From: Camelus ferus
Lineage: Eukaryota
DNA: 64,000 bases
Assembly (NCBI RefSeq): GCF_009834535.1
Contig: NC_045696.1
Span: forward strand, 34,660,001-34,724,000
Direction: 5' to 3'
Made by a program: the position numbers and the translations under genes. Of this stretch, positions 38,263 to 52,236 are shown one piece after another (the stretch's first letter is position 1; each line of letters opens with the position of its first letter). Under the pieces are notes generated by a model. That model was not told the origin of the DNA, searched no databases, and saw only the letters and a list, made by a program, of their open reading frames with translations.

Positions 38263-39599
38263 TTTAAGAATATTTATGTATATTGCCTATAGGTTCTTTT
38301 TCTCTGGAGAAGCTTGACTGATACAGATTGTTTAATAGAAATGCTAAGGTTGGCCCTAAAAGTTCTGTGTTTTTGGAAAAAAATGAGGAAAGCAAGTTAG
38401 ACCTTGAAAAACCCACGCCTAGATTAAGCAGGGATTGATAATGGTTGACATTTAAGAAGATCAATTTACCATTCTAAATAGAAGGGGTTCCATTTCATTT
38501 AAACAAATTCATGGTTAGTATTTAAATGTTTGTGCCACTATTAAAGTTTCACATTTTCAAATAAAAAAATTAATTAAAGTGTTGTAGAAATATGTATCAC
38601 CAGTGTTTCAATGGAAGTAGTAGTATAGAAGCCTACTGTCTGATCAGTACTTCACAGGTGGTTGATCTAGCCTTGGGGTCTAAAAAACATTCTTCAGTAT
38701 GGGGAAAAGGATGAGGGAGGTGTACATTTTAAAATCAGTGTGCAGAGGTGACTGATCAGATAATTTCACTTGGAGAAATAAACCTCTGCCTACTCTATTT
38801 TAGGACAGGAATTTATCAAGTAAGAATTTTCATCTACTTTCCAAATAAGCTAAGAAAATATCTGCAATATTTATGCAAAGATGTTAATTGAAGTAAGGAC
38901 AGATTGAAAAATTATATAGCTATAAAACATGATAGGTTGAATGACTAATTGTGAAATATGCAGTCATTAAAAACGATGCTGTTGATCTCTTATTATGACA
39001 TGCCTGATAAACTTACCTGTATATGAAACCAGCATGTACTAATAACACACCCACACCAATTGTCTTGTTTAGCAAGGAACTGTCTTTGTGAGAACACTCA
39101 GGGTGGAAAGTAAGAACTGGGACATGAATGGAGAGAACTGAAGGATCAGAAGAGCTATTTCATCTGCTCTGCATGACCATGTGGGAGCAAGAGAGAGTGA
39201 AGGGAGTGAGGGGACTGAATTTCCACTGAGAAGTTGTGAGAAAGGGATTGCTTACAATTAAAGGCCAGTGCAGATTCCCCAGTAGTGGGTTTACCAAAGA
39301 TCCATTTGGGAACTTGGATTTTAATATTTGATTCAAATGTTGTTGTTGCTGCGATGTAAACTTGTTTTTTTCTTTTTAAAATCTTCCTAATAAATCCTCA
39401 GTAAAGTCTAATCTAGTCCCAGATGCATGTGTAAAATGGGCCTTATTGTGGAACTCAAAGAAGGGTCTGAGTTTGATATCAGACAAGGAAGAAAATGTAA
39501 AGGCTGGAGCCTGGAGGCAGAGTTGCTCAGAAGAACGACTAGGAACTTGGGGGTAGGGCTCTACATAAGGGTTAGCAACAGGGTGTGGATTGAAGGTTT

Positions 39600-40241
39600 G
39601 AGGCAATATTATTTAGACCTTATGGGGCAAGGAGGAATTTGCTGACACTGCCTGACATGGGGTATAAAGTAATGAGCTGAACACCATGCATGCACAGGTT
39701 GCCATTCCCAGGGGAAGACTCCAGCTATATGGAAGATAGCAAAGCGCATCACAATGCCAACCATCAGGAACAGAAGTTCAAGTACTTCTGCCCATGGCAT
39801 CCTGGTATTGGGCTCTCCAAGGAAAATACAATGCAGTCAAGCACTGGATGGAGCAATGGCTTTACTTACAGAGAGAAGAGGCAGAGCAAGATCAGCTTTA
39901 GAGTCAGAGCAAGATCCCCCAAGGCCAGTAGGTCTCTCCAGGCAGCCCCTGCAGGGCAGTTTACCTATAAGCACCCTTCCCGAGCTCCAGTGGAAGAGCT
40001 TGTCCCCTCCCTATGGAGGACAGGTGTAGTAATGGGGTTGGCCAGGTACAATAAGATGCAACACTTAAGCAGAACAAAGGAGCACACAGTGAACTTACAA
40101 TAGGGAAAGCTAGTTCCACAAAAGGTGATCCACCCTGTGAGGCTGTCGTCTCTTGGTAAGGAAGTGTTCCAAGCCCAAGGTCCGTTCTTATGCAGACCAG
40201 TGGGGTCAAAGACAGCACACAGGAGACGGCCTTTTCCAACA
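39600..40241 (-). mobile_element. ERVL-class LTR (MER54-like)
   Basis: The minus strand starts TGTTGGAAAAGGCCGTCTCC...GCATAAGAACGGACCTTGGGCTTGGAACACTTCCTTACCAAGAG, resembling old ERVL LTRs. The left boundary is uncertain. Confidence 0.5.
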
Positions 40242-42764
40242 TCTAGATTACTCCAAGTAGTACCTTTTTTTTGTACAAGTTTGAGGCTGTACTCAGGCAG
40301 GAACATACATTCACACGTACACTGCAAATATTAAAACATTGTGCACCGATATGTAAATGGTGTTTGTTTTGAGGAGATTGGATCTCATTTTCTTCTTTAT
40401 ATTTTCCTGTGTTGTGTGAATATTTCTATAATGAATGTTTCTTGTTTCTCAAATCAGAAATCAAAGATATTTCTGTTTGAAAAACAAAAAGGAATTTTGT
40501 CTTGCTTCTAGAACAAAATGTAATCATGCAGAAGCTGAGCTTGGCAGATTTTTTCCAAGAATGGAGGCATTTCATGAAATCACCTTATGGATTCTTTGTA
40601 AATCCTGCATAATATTTGATAGGTGTTGAAAGTGTTAAGGGCATAATCAGTCTTCTCTCCTTTTCTTTTGCTGCTTTGCTTCAGACAGGTAAATCACTGC
40701 TTTGGAAGGTTTTATGGGACAGATGATATCCTGCTCTTTCAAGTTGTGCTCTCACTTAACTCTTCTGTCTGCTTTTCCTACGATGTCCTCCTTCCCCATC
40801 TTTCCGAATATTCTTTGAACGTCACTTCCTTCTTGGTAAAGCCTTATCCAGCTCTAGCGGTACCTAACTGCTTTGTCTCTGCCCCCATGGTGCCTTATAT
40901 ATACCTGAAACAAGGATCTTAACACATTATTGTGGGCTTTTTCCTACCTACAGCTGTTTTCCCACTAGACAATTCCGCAAATTGCCATTTCATTCTGTGT
41001 GGAAAGACCATTGCTGTGCCCAAGATGTCTCTGAATTCCCAAGTTCACTTCCTGCCCCAATTTCCTGCCTGTGCTGAATTGGATGAGAGATCACCTTGCC
41101 CTCTGGCATGTTCTCTCTTGAATTACACAGGGTGCAGAGCAAAAAGAGTTTATCGTGTATTTATATTCCTTCCACTTAGCACAGCGCCTGTTTTTCAATT
41201 TTTGTTGTATTGGTAATAAGCACTGGGGTCAGGTGCTTCGAGTATGGAGCTGTTAATTCAGTCATAGCTATACGGTGTTTCATCACATGAACCCACAAAA
41301 CGGAGTTAGAATAGGCTTCTAAGTGTAAGTAGTATATAGGCACATCACCAGGAATATTTTAATAGTTACATGATTGATACTTTAAATAATTCATACTTAT
41401 TAAGAATGAGTGTATGTGTTATACCATCCCCCTCAACACTGATATTTCTTAAAATGTTTCGTGATACTTTCTCTTATGTCTCTAGTGTGATATTTACTTT
41501 GCAACACATTTATGATTGTCCCATCTGTATTAAGTTTAACTTCAAAAATATCTGGTATCTGTTCTGTATCCAACTTCAGGAGAAAACTGTTTTGTCTTAC
41601 TACCATCCATTATTATTATTATGTTTTCTGCAATGCATTATACCATGTGTAACTAATATTTTAGAATTATAGAGAAGCATCTGCTTCTGTTTTAATGTCT
41701 TGATAAAAGCACTGTAAATATTGTAGCTGTATAAGATTCTTTCCTTTAAAGAATCTGTTTCATTTCACCTGGAAACTATCTTAATTCTTAAATCCTGCAC
41801 CCAGATGTTGCATCTAGTAGACGAAATACATAACTTTTAATCAACTTCTTTGTTAATTAGTTATGGAAAATATGCAGCTTTTACATTTTCAAGAAGTGGT
41901 GTTAGAATTCTAAGTTAAACAAAGAGCCAGTGATACAACATTTACTCCTGCACCATATAATTAACCTTTTAGAACACAGCTTTCATATTCATTTAATCAC
42001 TCAAGGCACGAAAATTATACTTACAAGGCAGAAATAACTGGTTAGGGCCAGCAGAGTGTACTGTTCACATAGCTGAGTGACTTTATTCCGGGAGCCCTGC
42101 CTTTTGGAGAGTTACCTCCTGATTGTGATTGCCTCCTGATACCCCTTTCACTCAGTGATAATCACTTTAAACAAGCTTACGGGGACAGCTGGAGAGTTGC
42201 CCTTTCTCCATTAAGACATAGATCCCAGTGGGAACAGGGAGCAGTTAAGGATGTAGCAATAAACTCAAGTTGGGTTATACTCAGTTTGTTGCTTTTAGGT
42301 TGGGGCTGGGGGCTAGGGGTTAATTTACTGTGCTTTTTCCTGGAAAACCTCAGTTTCACGGAATGGAAGAGCTAAAAGTGGACCTAGATATCTAGTTTAA
42401 TAATCTTAATTTTGTGGGTCAAAGAAAGTTTCATGAATGTTAACCATGTAACTCTGGGGAAAAATAATGTCATCCTGGGCTTTACGACCTACATACGACG
42501 AATACAAGCTGTCATTTCCCTCTTTGTAGGAGGACCACTGGTGTGCCTGAGGTTTTCGTAAATTATCAAATTTACTTCGGATCCAACTTCCTGCCCATAC
42601 TAACTTTGATGAGAAGTCTCCTTGCCCTCTCACACATGCACTTCTGATTTATGTGGGACTTAAGTGTTTTTCTTAATTTTTCCACAAAACAGTAGTTTCT
42701 CCAATCTCCTGCCATTTGGTTCAGCCCTGCTCTTTCCTTTGTCCCCCAATTCCTATTTTATTTT

Positions 42765-42861
42765 CTTTCTTTTTTTTTTCTTGATGGAGGTACTGGGGAT
42801 TGAATCCAGGATCTCGTGCATGCTAAGCATACACTCTACCACTGAGCTATACCCCAGCCCC
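42765..42861 (-). mobile_element. tRNA-derived SINE (Vic-1-like)
   Basis: Same element as 966-1058: GGGGCTGGGGTATAGCTCAGTGGTAGAGTGTATGCTTAGCATGCACGAGATCCTGGATTCAATCCCCAGTACCTCCA plus an A tail. ttattttc is repeated on both flanks. Confidence 0.85.
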
Positions 42862-43189
42862 TGACCTTATTTTCAAGCTGAGCACTTTAATTCTACTTGT
42901 ACTTGCCTTCTTCCTCACATGGAGTATTATTTTTATTTTTTTATGTTTTGTATAGACAGAGTTCCCTCGTACACTAGAAGATCTCACGTGCTGACTTAAT
43001 AGTGTTAATAAAAGCCAATAAATAAACATAAATAAAAATAGAATTACAATTGATTTTAATTACTGTTTCACTTTTAAGTGAATTTATGCATAATGTTAGA
43101 GCGCTCCCTTTTCATTTAAAGGACACTTTTCTTACATATGGACTATTGACTCCTGTCTCCATCTGTGGTACTTGTCTGGTAAAACCAAC

Positions 43190-43666
43190 ATTCTGGTTAA
43201 ATCTGACTGGCTCTCTGTGCCCTCTCTTGAACAACTGAAGATAGCTGGAAGAATGTAGACAAACAGGCTGAATGATTTCTCAGTAACGCATGACAATGGG
43301 GACCCTTGGCACCGCCTGCAGTCAGTTTCCTCGTCATTGGCTCTTCCATCCTCAGATGTCTGTTTCATGCTCTCCTCTCTCCTAAACCTTCAATGCTTCT
43401 CCCTCTCTTCCTTCTTTCAGCTGATGAATCTGCCTCCTACTTTACTGAGGAAACAAGCAAGTTGAAGAGCTGTTCCTTGTCTCTACACTACCCAGTCAAC
43501 TAGCCTACATGCATCTGTCTCCAGAAACTCTTCTGCCCCTCTTACTAATTTGGGTGACCTTGTGCTCGGATGCAAGGTCAGACCTTGCCCTTCTGCACTA
43601 GTCCTTAGTGCTATGCTTGGTGCATAATGGGTGTGCAATAAATGCTTATAAATGAGTGAATGAATG
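43190..43666 (+). mobile_element. L2 fragments with 3' end
   Basis: Pyrimidine-rich body ending 'tgcaataaatgcttataaatgagtgaatgaatg'. Confidence 0.55.
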
Positions 43667-45664
43667 CCTCTCTTTCCTTGGCTGACATGGATTCAAGGGC
43701 AGTCCAATAAGTTAAAGCTTAAACTTGAAGAGTGTTGTTTCATGACATCTGTATCAGTGCCCTGAGGCTTTCATGCTTTCTATCTGGGTTCAGTTTGGAT
43801 GTGCCTGCCATATACCTGAGTTCTCTGTGATTGCAACAAAAGTTCCAAGGACTGTGTTAGGGGATGAGGATAGAGCAGGTAGCCTGACAATATATCTGTT
43901 GTCAAAACATTAGTAGAGTCTTATTCTATTTAAAATTTACTTGACAGGTTTAGAGATATTTTGTCTTCCCCTAAGTTCGTTAATTAATTAAAATATCAAA
44001 TTAAACGAATATAGATGGCTATTTTCTCTTTCTACTTCTCTGATTGCCTTTTCTTACAGCTTATTTATTTGACTTGATGAGTATTGTTTTTCTTTACAAT
44101 GTCTTTATTGCTCTTTTACCTGAATTCCAACCATTGCAGCTGCTTTCCCACTGTACTTTACCCCATGATGTGTAATTAAGCTGCCCATTTTCCTGTAATT
44201 AAAAAGGTTAAAGAATTGATTGTAATCATCACTCTGAGGAAAATCAGCAGGAGTAAAATTACAGATGATAGTTAAAAAATGTTTAATATATGTTTCTTTC
44301 AAGTAGATTTCAGGATTTACAGAACAGACCTTCTTACCCATCCCCAGGCTTTTAGACAGAACAGGAAACTATCTTATTCAGAGAGTTATTTTCTTCAGTA
44401 ATTTAAAAAGAGGAACATCTTTGTCCCTTTCTCTCTTGGTTTTATCTTTTATAAATTTACCTCTTCATAAATTTTGTCTTATGTCTTACCTGGCTCCTTT
44501 CTGCAGAAATTGAAGCTCAAGTTTTCATCAAATATAACACTAACCTTACTTATTTCATCCATTTGACTTCTTTAGTCTAAATGATTTCATTTCTCTGAAA
44601 CTTTCCTTTTGGGCCTTTTCTTACAACTTTCTCATTATTATTCTATAAACGTAACAATCAAATAGCAAGATATATATTACCAAAAAAATTTTTATTTGGG
44701 CCAAATAAAGCAGATAAATTATCCCTCCCCAATTTTTTTTTAAAGTAAAAGTTTACTTAAATGGCCTAGGAAAGGTATTTTAATGTCTAGAATATTCTGA
44801 CTATATTAAACGGTTTACCATTATGTTAAGAAATACAGATTTAAACACATAAATACAATCAAGAGAATGGACTTTAGAATCAATCTCTTGCTAAATTGCT
44901 GGTTCTTCTCTTAAACTCACAGTTTAGTGGAAACAGAATATATGTACATAAAAATTATAGATTATTGGTATTTGATTGTGTGCTGAATTCTATGCTATGG
45001 TGTATTAGAAGTCTTCACAGGAAGAAAGGATTGGGGTGGGCTTGAGTAATTGGGAAAGTAATCATGTCACACGTAGGAGACTGGACTTAAAAGAGGGAGG
45101 GGGATTTGCCTAGGGAAAAGAGAGAGGATATTAAAGATGAGGGAAACTCCTGAGAGATAAGGGGTTTTAGGATTAATAAGTCATATGAGGATATTTGGAA
45201 TATTGGCTAATATTTTCTAAGAAGGGCAAGGTTATTCCTTATGTTACCAGGAAAAGGAAAATAAGAATTACCTCAGTTCTTAGTCACCTGAAAAAAAGAT
45301 TTTTGACAAGAGACAGAAAGCGTGATATAAGCAAGATTTTCATTAGTGAAATAAAAAAAGTAAAAAATAGTACATTGCTGAGAATTGGGAGTGGGCTGAT
45401 CCAAGAGAGGAAAAATGGCGCCATTCCTTTGTTTTTCCTGTTTTCATATCCTGGTTTTGCGATTGATTGATTGACAGCTTAGGTTGCCTGTGCTCTGGCA
45501 TGCCCATTCCCTTTTTGGGCAGGTCCAGCTGCAGCGTTTTGATTTTAACTGGCTTCTTTTACTGGCCCTCATTTAGAGAAAGTAGAAATTTCTGGATTTT
45601 TCCTTTCCCCTTCCTCTCCCCCTGCCCAGCGCTCATTTCTATCTAAACTACCTAACACTTACAT

Positions 45665-45735
45665 TGTTATTCAGGGTTCTCCAGAGAAACAGAACCAATA
45701 GGATTGATTGATCTATCTACCTACCTACCTATCTA

Positions 45736-45807
<72 letters not shown>

Positions 45808-46267
45808 CTTACCTATGAAGAGATTTATTGAAGGAATTGTTTCATGCCATTATAGAGGTCAAGAAGTGTGACTGTGCCACCTGCAAATTGAAGGACCAGG
45901 AAAACCAGTGGTGTAATTCAGTCTGGAACTGAAATGCCTGAGAAGCTACCTGGGGGCCAATTATGTAAGTACTGATCCCAATCTGAAGGCCTAAGAGCCA
46001 GGAGTGCTGATACCCAAGGGCAGGAAAAGATGGATATCCCAGCTCAGATAGAGCAAATTCCGCCTTCCTCTACTTTTCTGTTCTATTGGCTCCCCATGAG
46101 TGGGATGTTCACATGCGATTAGAGAAGATGATCTTTACTTAGTTCACCAATTTAAATGCCAGTCTCTTCTTGGAACACCCTCACAGACACACCCAGAAAT
46201 AATGTTTCACCAACTCCTTTGGCACCTTTTAGCCCAGTGAAGTTGAGACACATGATTAACCATTACA
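45665..46267 (-). mobile_element. MLT2 (ERVL) solo LTR containing an expanded (TCTA)/(TCTG) microsatellite
   Basis: Diagnostic 'cagggttctccagagaaacagaaccaatagga' start and 'aacaccctcacagacacacccagaaataatg...agttgagacacatgattaaccattaca' end. Confidence 0.85.
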
Positions 46268-46504
46268 CAGTTAGGAAAAGAAATGTCGAGTCGATTCCTC
46301 CCAAAACAGTATCTTTTCTGATTATACCAGAAAATAATTGATGGGGGGCGGGGAGTTGAAGAGCAGAACACTTGACTAATTGTTTTTGCCTACTTAGTTC
46401 ACTCAGGGCTCCTTTTTAGCAACATCTGTCCACACCTAATCTTAAACAGATGTATTTTAATATGTATTTTCTCTGGATATTGTAATAGTTGGAATAAAAA
46501 AGAT

Positions 46505-46735
46505 AATAGCTTCAAGGACTTACTGTGTGCTAGCAACTGTTTGAAGTGCTTTATAGTGTTAACTCAGTCTCTTGGAAAAACTTTACAACATAAATACTGC
46601 TATTATCCCCATTCTACACCTGAGGCAAGTGAGGCACAGAGGATACATGAGAAGTTGTGCCACATTATGGATCTATAATGAGCGAAGCCAGGGTCTGAAC
46701 CCTGGTTGTCTGGTCCCAGGGACTGTGCTCTTAAT
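46505..46735 (-). mobile_element. MIR SINE
   Basis: 'tattatccccattctacacctgaggcaagtgaggcacagagg...gccagggtctgaaccctggttgtctgg'. Confidence 0.65.
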
Positions 46736-47017
46736 CTGAGTCAGAGCCTGTGCCCCAGACCTAATTGCTCGGGCACTTTTCTTGAGCATCTTGTAAGTGC
46801 TGGACATTGAGGGGCTAAACAAATTTGAGATCTGGCTCTCCCCATAAAGATCTAACAGCTTGTTACTAAATTGTGAGGGATGGATTCCCAGGCTTTAGCT
46901 GTTGGAAGAAAGATAATTAGGAGATCAGGGAGAGTCAGTGAGGTCTGCACTGAGGTTCAGAGAAGAGTTGGATGAATTCACTGGGATAAAAAGGGAGTGA
47001 GCATTTAGGCAGGAGAC

Positions 47018-47521
47018 TGCAATAGGGATGAACAAGTCTGACTCCATTTGGATCTGTTTCTTTTACTGTATTCTATTGTTTTTGCTACAAGTTAATCACT
47101 AAAGGGATGTTGCCTAAAAGCTTAAATTACACTTAACAGCCCATCTCTGGGAACCCTGGCTCCCAGGTAATGAGCGTTAAGCTAAAATACATTTGTTTAG
47201 CTCACAGGAAACATGCTGACCAGGCCCACCTGTGGATGACTGTAGGCTGGAAGAAATTAACATACCCCCCACTCCCACCCCTACCCCGACTCTGTCAAAG
47301 GCTGACCAGAGCTAGGAAATGCTCGACTTTACTCCCTCCGCTTTTAGTAGGAAAGAAGCCAGAATCCGAACTCAGGTAAGAAGTTTCTTCGGGACACTAG
47401 TGTACCATCTTCTCCGTCTGCTGGCTTTTTTAGTAAAGTCACTATTCCTTGCCCCCGCTACTTGTCCCTTGATTTATTGAGCTGTCATGCGACGAACAGT
47501 ACAAGCCTGGACTCAGTAACA
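47018..47521 (+). mobile_element. Solo ERV1-type LTR
   Basis: TG...CA ends ('tgcaataggga' ... 'ctcagtaaca'), 'ctgactccatttgg' near the start, and a variant polyA signal 'agtaaagtcactattccttgcccc' before U5. Confidence 0.7.
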
Positions 47522-47551
47522 ACAGCAAGAGGGGTGGACGTGCAGACGTAG

Positions 47552-47985
47552 TGTCTTAGTTTTCTAGGGCTGCCGTGACAAAATACCACAAACTTGGTGG
47601 CTTAAGACAACAGAAATGTATTCTTTCACAGTTGAGGAGGCTAAAAGTGTGAAACTAAGGAGTAGGCAGGGCCATGCGCCCTCTGAAGCCTCTGGGGAAA
47701 AGTCCTTCTTTGCCTCTTTCTAGCTTCTAGTGGCTCCTGGCGTTCCTTGATGTTCCTAGGCTTATAGTCACATTATTCTAATCTCTGCCTTTACATGATC
47801 TTCTTTCCTGTGCCTCTGTGGGTCCCTTCCTCTTCTTACAAGGAGATTAGTCATTGGATTTAGGGCCCATGCCAATCCAGTATGGCCTCATCTTAACTAA
47901 TTACATCTGCAAAGACCCTGTTTCCAATAAGATCACACTCTTGAAGTGAACATGAATTTGGGGGGGACACTATTCACTTCACTGT
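47552..47985 (-). mobile_element. MaLR LTR (MLT1C-like)
   Basis: 'tgtcttagttttctagggctgccgtgacaaaataccacaaacttggtggcttaagacaacagaaatgtattct...ttaactaattacatctgcaaagaccctgtttccaataag'. Confidence 0.8.
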
Positions 47986-50900
47986 AAGTGGTAACAGCAC
48001 AGGGAGTGGTGTCGTTTCCATGCTCTTTGATGGGGAGAAAACGTGAGCTGTACTTTAAACAACATGAGTTTAAAGTGACATTTTTGGATATGTTTCAATG
48101 ACAATATGAAACAGCTTTATTTCCTTGGAAGTGTCACCCATTTCTAGGTCCTGTAAGGACCTGGTTATTGCCATGCAAAAAATTAAGTAGGTCATGCTTT
48201 TGTTGAAATGTTCTTCTCGTTCCATTCGTAAGTTTATAGCCTGCAGTTGTTTCCATGCTCATCCACATCCTCCTCCTCCTCTGCCTCATAATTAGCATTG
48301 TCATGGAATGGCAAACATTCATTGAGTGCCTACTGCATGCCCAGTACTGTTCTAAGGCTTTACACTTAATCTTTACAAGAATTTTTAATTTTCATTAAAA
48401 CTGCCCTAGACCCTTTTATAGGGGAAAAAAACTGAGAAGATTTTTATTTCAATGCTACATTTTAATGAAAATTAAATATTCTTGGGATAATTTCCTCATA
48501 ATTAGTAATGCAAATTTTTAGTTAAAATTCAACCACATGTTGTGCTATACAAGACAATAAGCAGATGCTTCTGGGTGTATACTCGTTAAGTTCTTAGAGG
48601 CTAAGGAAATACCCTGCCTGGAAATGTGAAGGTTTCTTTGATCAAAAGACAAAGTACAGAAAATGCTGGAGCTTTAAAACATATGTTGTAGAATCAAGGA
48701 TATTTGATATATCTGGTTTATCAATTCATAAATTATACTATGCATTTCTTTTGGTGAGATAAAGTTACTGGGAACTTGAACTGCTAGTTGTCACACGTAT
48801 ATATTCAGAAAGTGTTACCTTCCAAACAGCTATTTTAGGTTTCTATTTCTCAGAGTCTTATGTGAGGGATTCTAGAAGGGTGACTAAGAACCTCAATGTT
48901 GGAATCAACCTCCTACCTTCCCACTGGCTTGCTATATGAATGTGGGAAAGTTGCCTAAACTCTCTGAACCTCAATAACCTCATGGAGATAAGCATAATTA
49001 ACATTTGGGACTATTTAAAAAATTCTATAAAATTATATGTATTTGACTGTAACAAAGTAAGTGCTAAACTTTAAAACTAAAATTTAGTAATGAATAAAGA
49101 ACACACATTTACTTCATTATTTATGAGATTATCCTTAATGGCTCTTTTTTAATGCTTGGATTTGTTGTTTTTATATGATTAGTTGATAGATGTATTTTAG
49201 CTTACATTTTTTCAAGTCATAAGATTAAATGCAAAATTCTTTCAAGTTTCAAATGTAGACACTCAAGTGTAAGGAAACATGAAAGATTTGACTTATGTGA
49301 CTGGTAAATTGTTTGTTATATATGCACAATTTTTTTTTTTTTATTGCTAGTTAGGCCTTTAAATTGTGTAGTGCACATTAGAGTTTGATGCAATCAAGTG
49401 TTTTGGCATTTCTAAAAGTCTTTGAAATGATGTCAATATTGCTGTTAGACTACTAGAATAATCTCCAGTTTAGACAGCTCTTTAAACTCTAGTTGAATTA
49501 TTAGTTGATAATGATCCAATAATTTCCCAAGTCCCAAGATAATTTATTATCTTTTGATGCATGTAATACTCATTTATAATTTTCAAAAATAAGATGTAGC
49601 CATTTTTATAAATAGTAATTTTGCATATAAATGGATTTTATCTGTTGCAGATTATCAAACTCATTATGTAAGTTTGCATCCTTTTCTAATTCCAAAATTT
49701 CTGTCCGCCACATATACGACTATTTTAAATAAAATGATATTATTCATACTTCCTGTGTCTTTACAGAAAAGTGACTAATTCACAATTGGATGCCTTACAT
49801 ACCACTTACCCAAGAAGACTTATTTGGTAACCATAAGTTTGTTTTCTACAAATTATTTATTTTTAATACTTATTTAGATTTTTTTTTAAGTGACACAATT
49901 GCTAACTTACACTTTAGACCAATACTTGGTTTACGTGAACATAACTCTAAACTGCAAACAGTTAGATTTCAGGCTGTTTAAATATTTGATCCATTTATAA
50001 AAGAAAAATTCATTAAAAATAAACCTGTCAAGGTTTCTAAGGATCGTATTATAAGTCATACCACTATACTTTTCCTTTATTTCAGCAAATATGCATAGGA
50101 CGTGAAAGAGTAAGCGCTCATTAATATAACTTTGGATTTGCAAAACGTATGGCTTTGCTGAGTTTCAGTACTGGGGCTGGCGATAGCTGGATTACTCTGT
50201 AAGAAGATAGGAGAATTTTTTTTTTCTTTCTAAAGGATGGGCAAAGAGCAGAGAGGGGAAGGGCAGAGAGCAGACAGCAGAGAGGAGGGTAGAGTCACAT
50301 AATAGGGCCATGAAAGGCACTTAGAAATAAGGATCTAACATTGCATTTTAACTTCTTGATTCTTCAAAATTTCTCTCTCTCTCCAAACTTTCATCAAAGT
50401 CTGCAGCACTAAAGGTCTTTTGCGTGTGTGTGTAAGTCAAGGAGAGGTGCTGGCGGGGAAGTCATAGTTCTTATTTGAATTTAAATGAATCCCCTCAGTC
50501 TTTTTAATTAATTAGAATTAAAGTATTTTCTCTCTTACATTTTGAAATAATCATCAATTGGACAGTATTCTCAAATAGAACGTTGTGATCTTATGTCACT
50601 TTCAGGTGACACAACCATCACTTTTAAGGTCTCCAAGGAATGCATGGCAATGGCAATATAGTAGATCTATGCGAAGCATTTGCGTAGCTGGTCATCGGCA
50701 CCCTGAGTGGTGGCACGTGTCAAAGTCCAGAGTGGTGTTAACAGCCCTGAGTGCATATTTACTTAGTATCATAATGATGGGAAAGTATGATCCACTGGCA
50801 ATTCAGGCACTGAGTTTATGTCATTAAGGAGTCACTGGCTGATTTATAGTGTGCATTATTATCTGGTGTCATAGAGTTTAGGAGTCAGGCATCCATATGC

Positions 50901-52236
50901 GCATAGGGGCTATGCAACCATTTGATATGCCATCAAGTATTTAAAAAGAAAAGAGGATTTCAAGTGATATTAATGGTATTAGTGGTAATATTAGGTTGCA
51001 CAAATTATTCTTTTATTTGGTTTTTAATGTATTAAGCAACAATCATAAAATCTCTTGAAGCTGCGGCTTAGTTGTGGCGAGGTCAACACGTGACCTTCAT
51101 ATAATGTGGTACAAAGTTCATCTCAATCGCTACAGCGTAGTGAAGTTATAATGGGATTACTCCTCCTCGTGCAGAATCCAAGGATTTCTACTCCTTTTCA
51201 AAATGCATATCTCAGGAGATTACAGTTAAAGACTATGTTATTGACCTAATTTCTCTGATGGTTTAAATTCATTCATGTTTTCAACTAAGGAATTTTATGC
51301 TTGTAGTTGTCAGCTCATGCCATGTGCCCTATATTCTAGTTTATGGCAACTTTGCTTCACAAATCCCATTAGATGACCTGATGGGCTTTAGAGCATTGGT
51401 TATATGAACGCCTATATATACATGTATGGACTCATATTTAAAACTGAATAAACAAAATAACAACTTTAATTTACATTCAATGGAATAACTTCATTACAGA
51501 TTAGTTTTCTACTATTAGTAGAATATGCCATGTCATATCATGGTTTAAGATAAGTGAGTATATTTTTAGGATTTTTGTAGGAAGAGAGGACATACAGAAA
51601 TACTTTAGAATACAAAACTTAAGCTTACCATAACATGTAGTATGTGTACCATTGGACAGAGGAATTCAAACTATCCACAGTATAAGTTATTAGCTAATTT
51701 GCTTCCATTTCTTGTTACTCAAATTCCAATGTTAATTATGTCAAAGCTATATATTCTTCATTTTTCTGAAGCTAAAGATCTTTTTCCTTTTTATTAAGGT
51801 AGCTATGGAATATTGTTGATATTAAGATGGTATTATTTTAGATCTATTTTTTGCTATTTGGGAAAGAGATGACTGGGAAGAAATATAAACTATTAAGAGA
51901 AATACATATTTAGATTGTGATGTATTAAAATGAACATTGACATTAGCTCAATAGGAATTTGAACAAATAGTGTTATATTTGATGTTCAGTATGTACACAT
52001 ATTCATGGAAGGCTCACCATGGAAAGATCGGGGGGGAAAGTGAGGTTGAAACTCTCATCTTCTGAGAACCACTGTTCTCCCCAGATGCTTCATTCCTGAT
52101 GCTCCTTTACTCTCTCTCCTGGCAAATGGTGTGAGTGAGCTAGACACATATTGTTCTGAAAGGAAAATATTTATTATTTAGTTAAATATTATATAAATAT
52201 TACAAAAATGAAACAGCATGTTTCTGTGATTCCCAG

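Noticed and set aside
39690..40334. Cluster of overlapping 70-137 aa ORFs
   Set aside because: They lie in a probable old LTR, with no recognisable gag/pol/env or cellular motifs.
49767..49850. Possible exon between 'tctttacag' and 'TTG|gtaacc'
   Set aside because: The donor is weak and lies in 'tttggtaaccataagtttgttttcta', which matches the L1 3'-UTR motif seen at about 24135 and 26147. Not supportable without RNA data.
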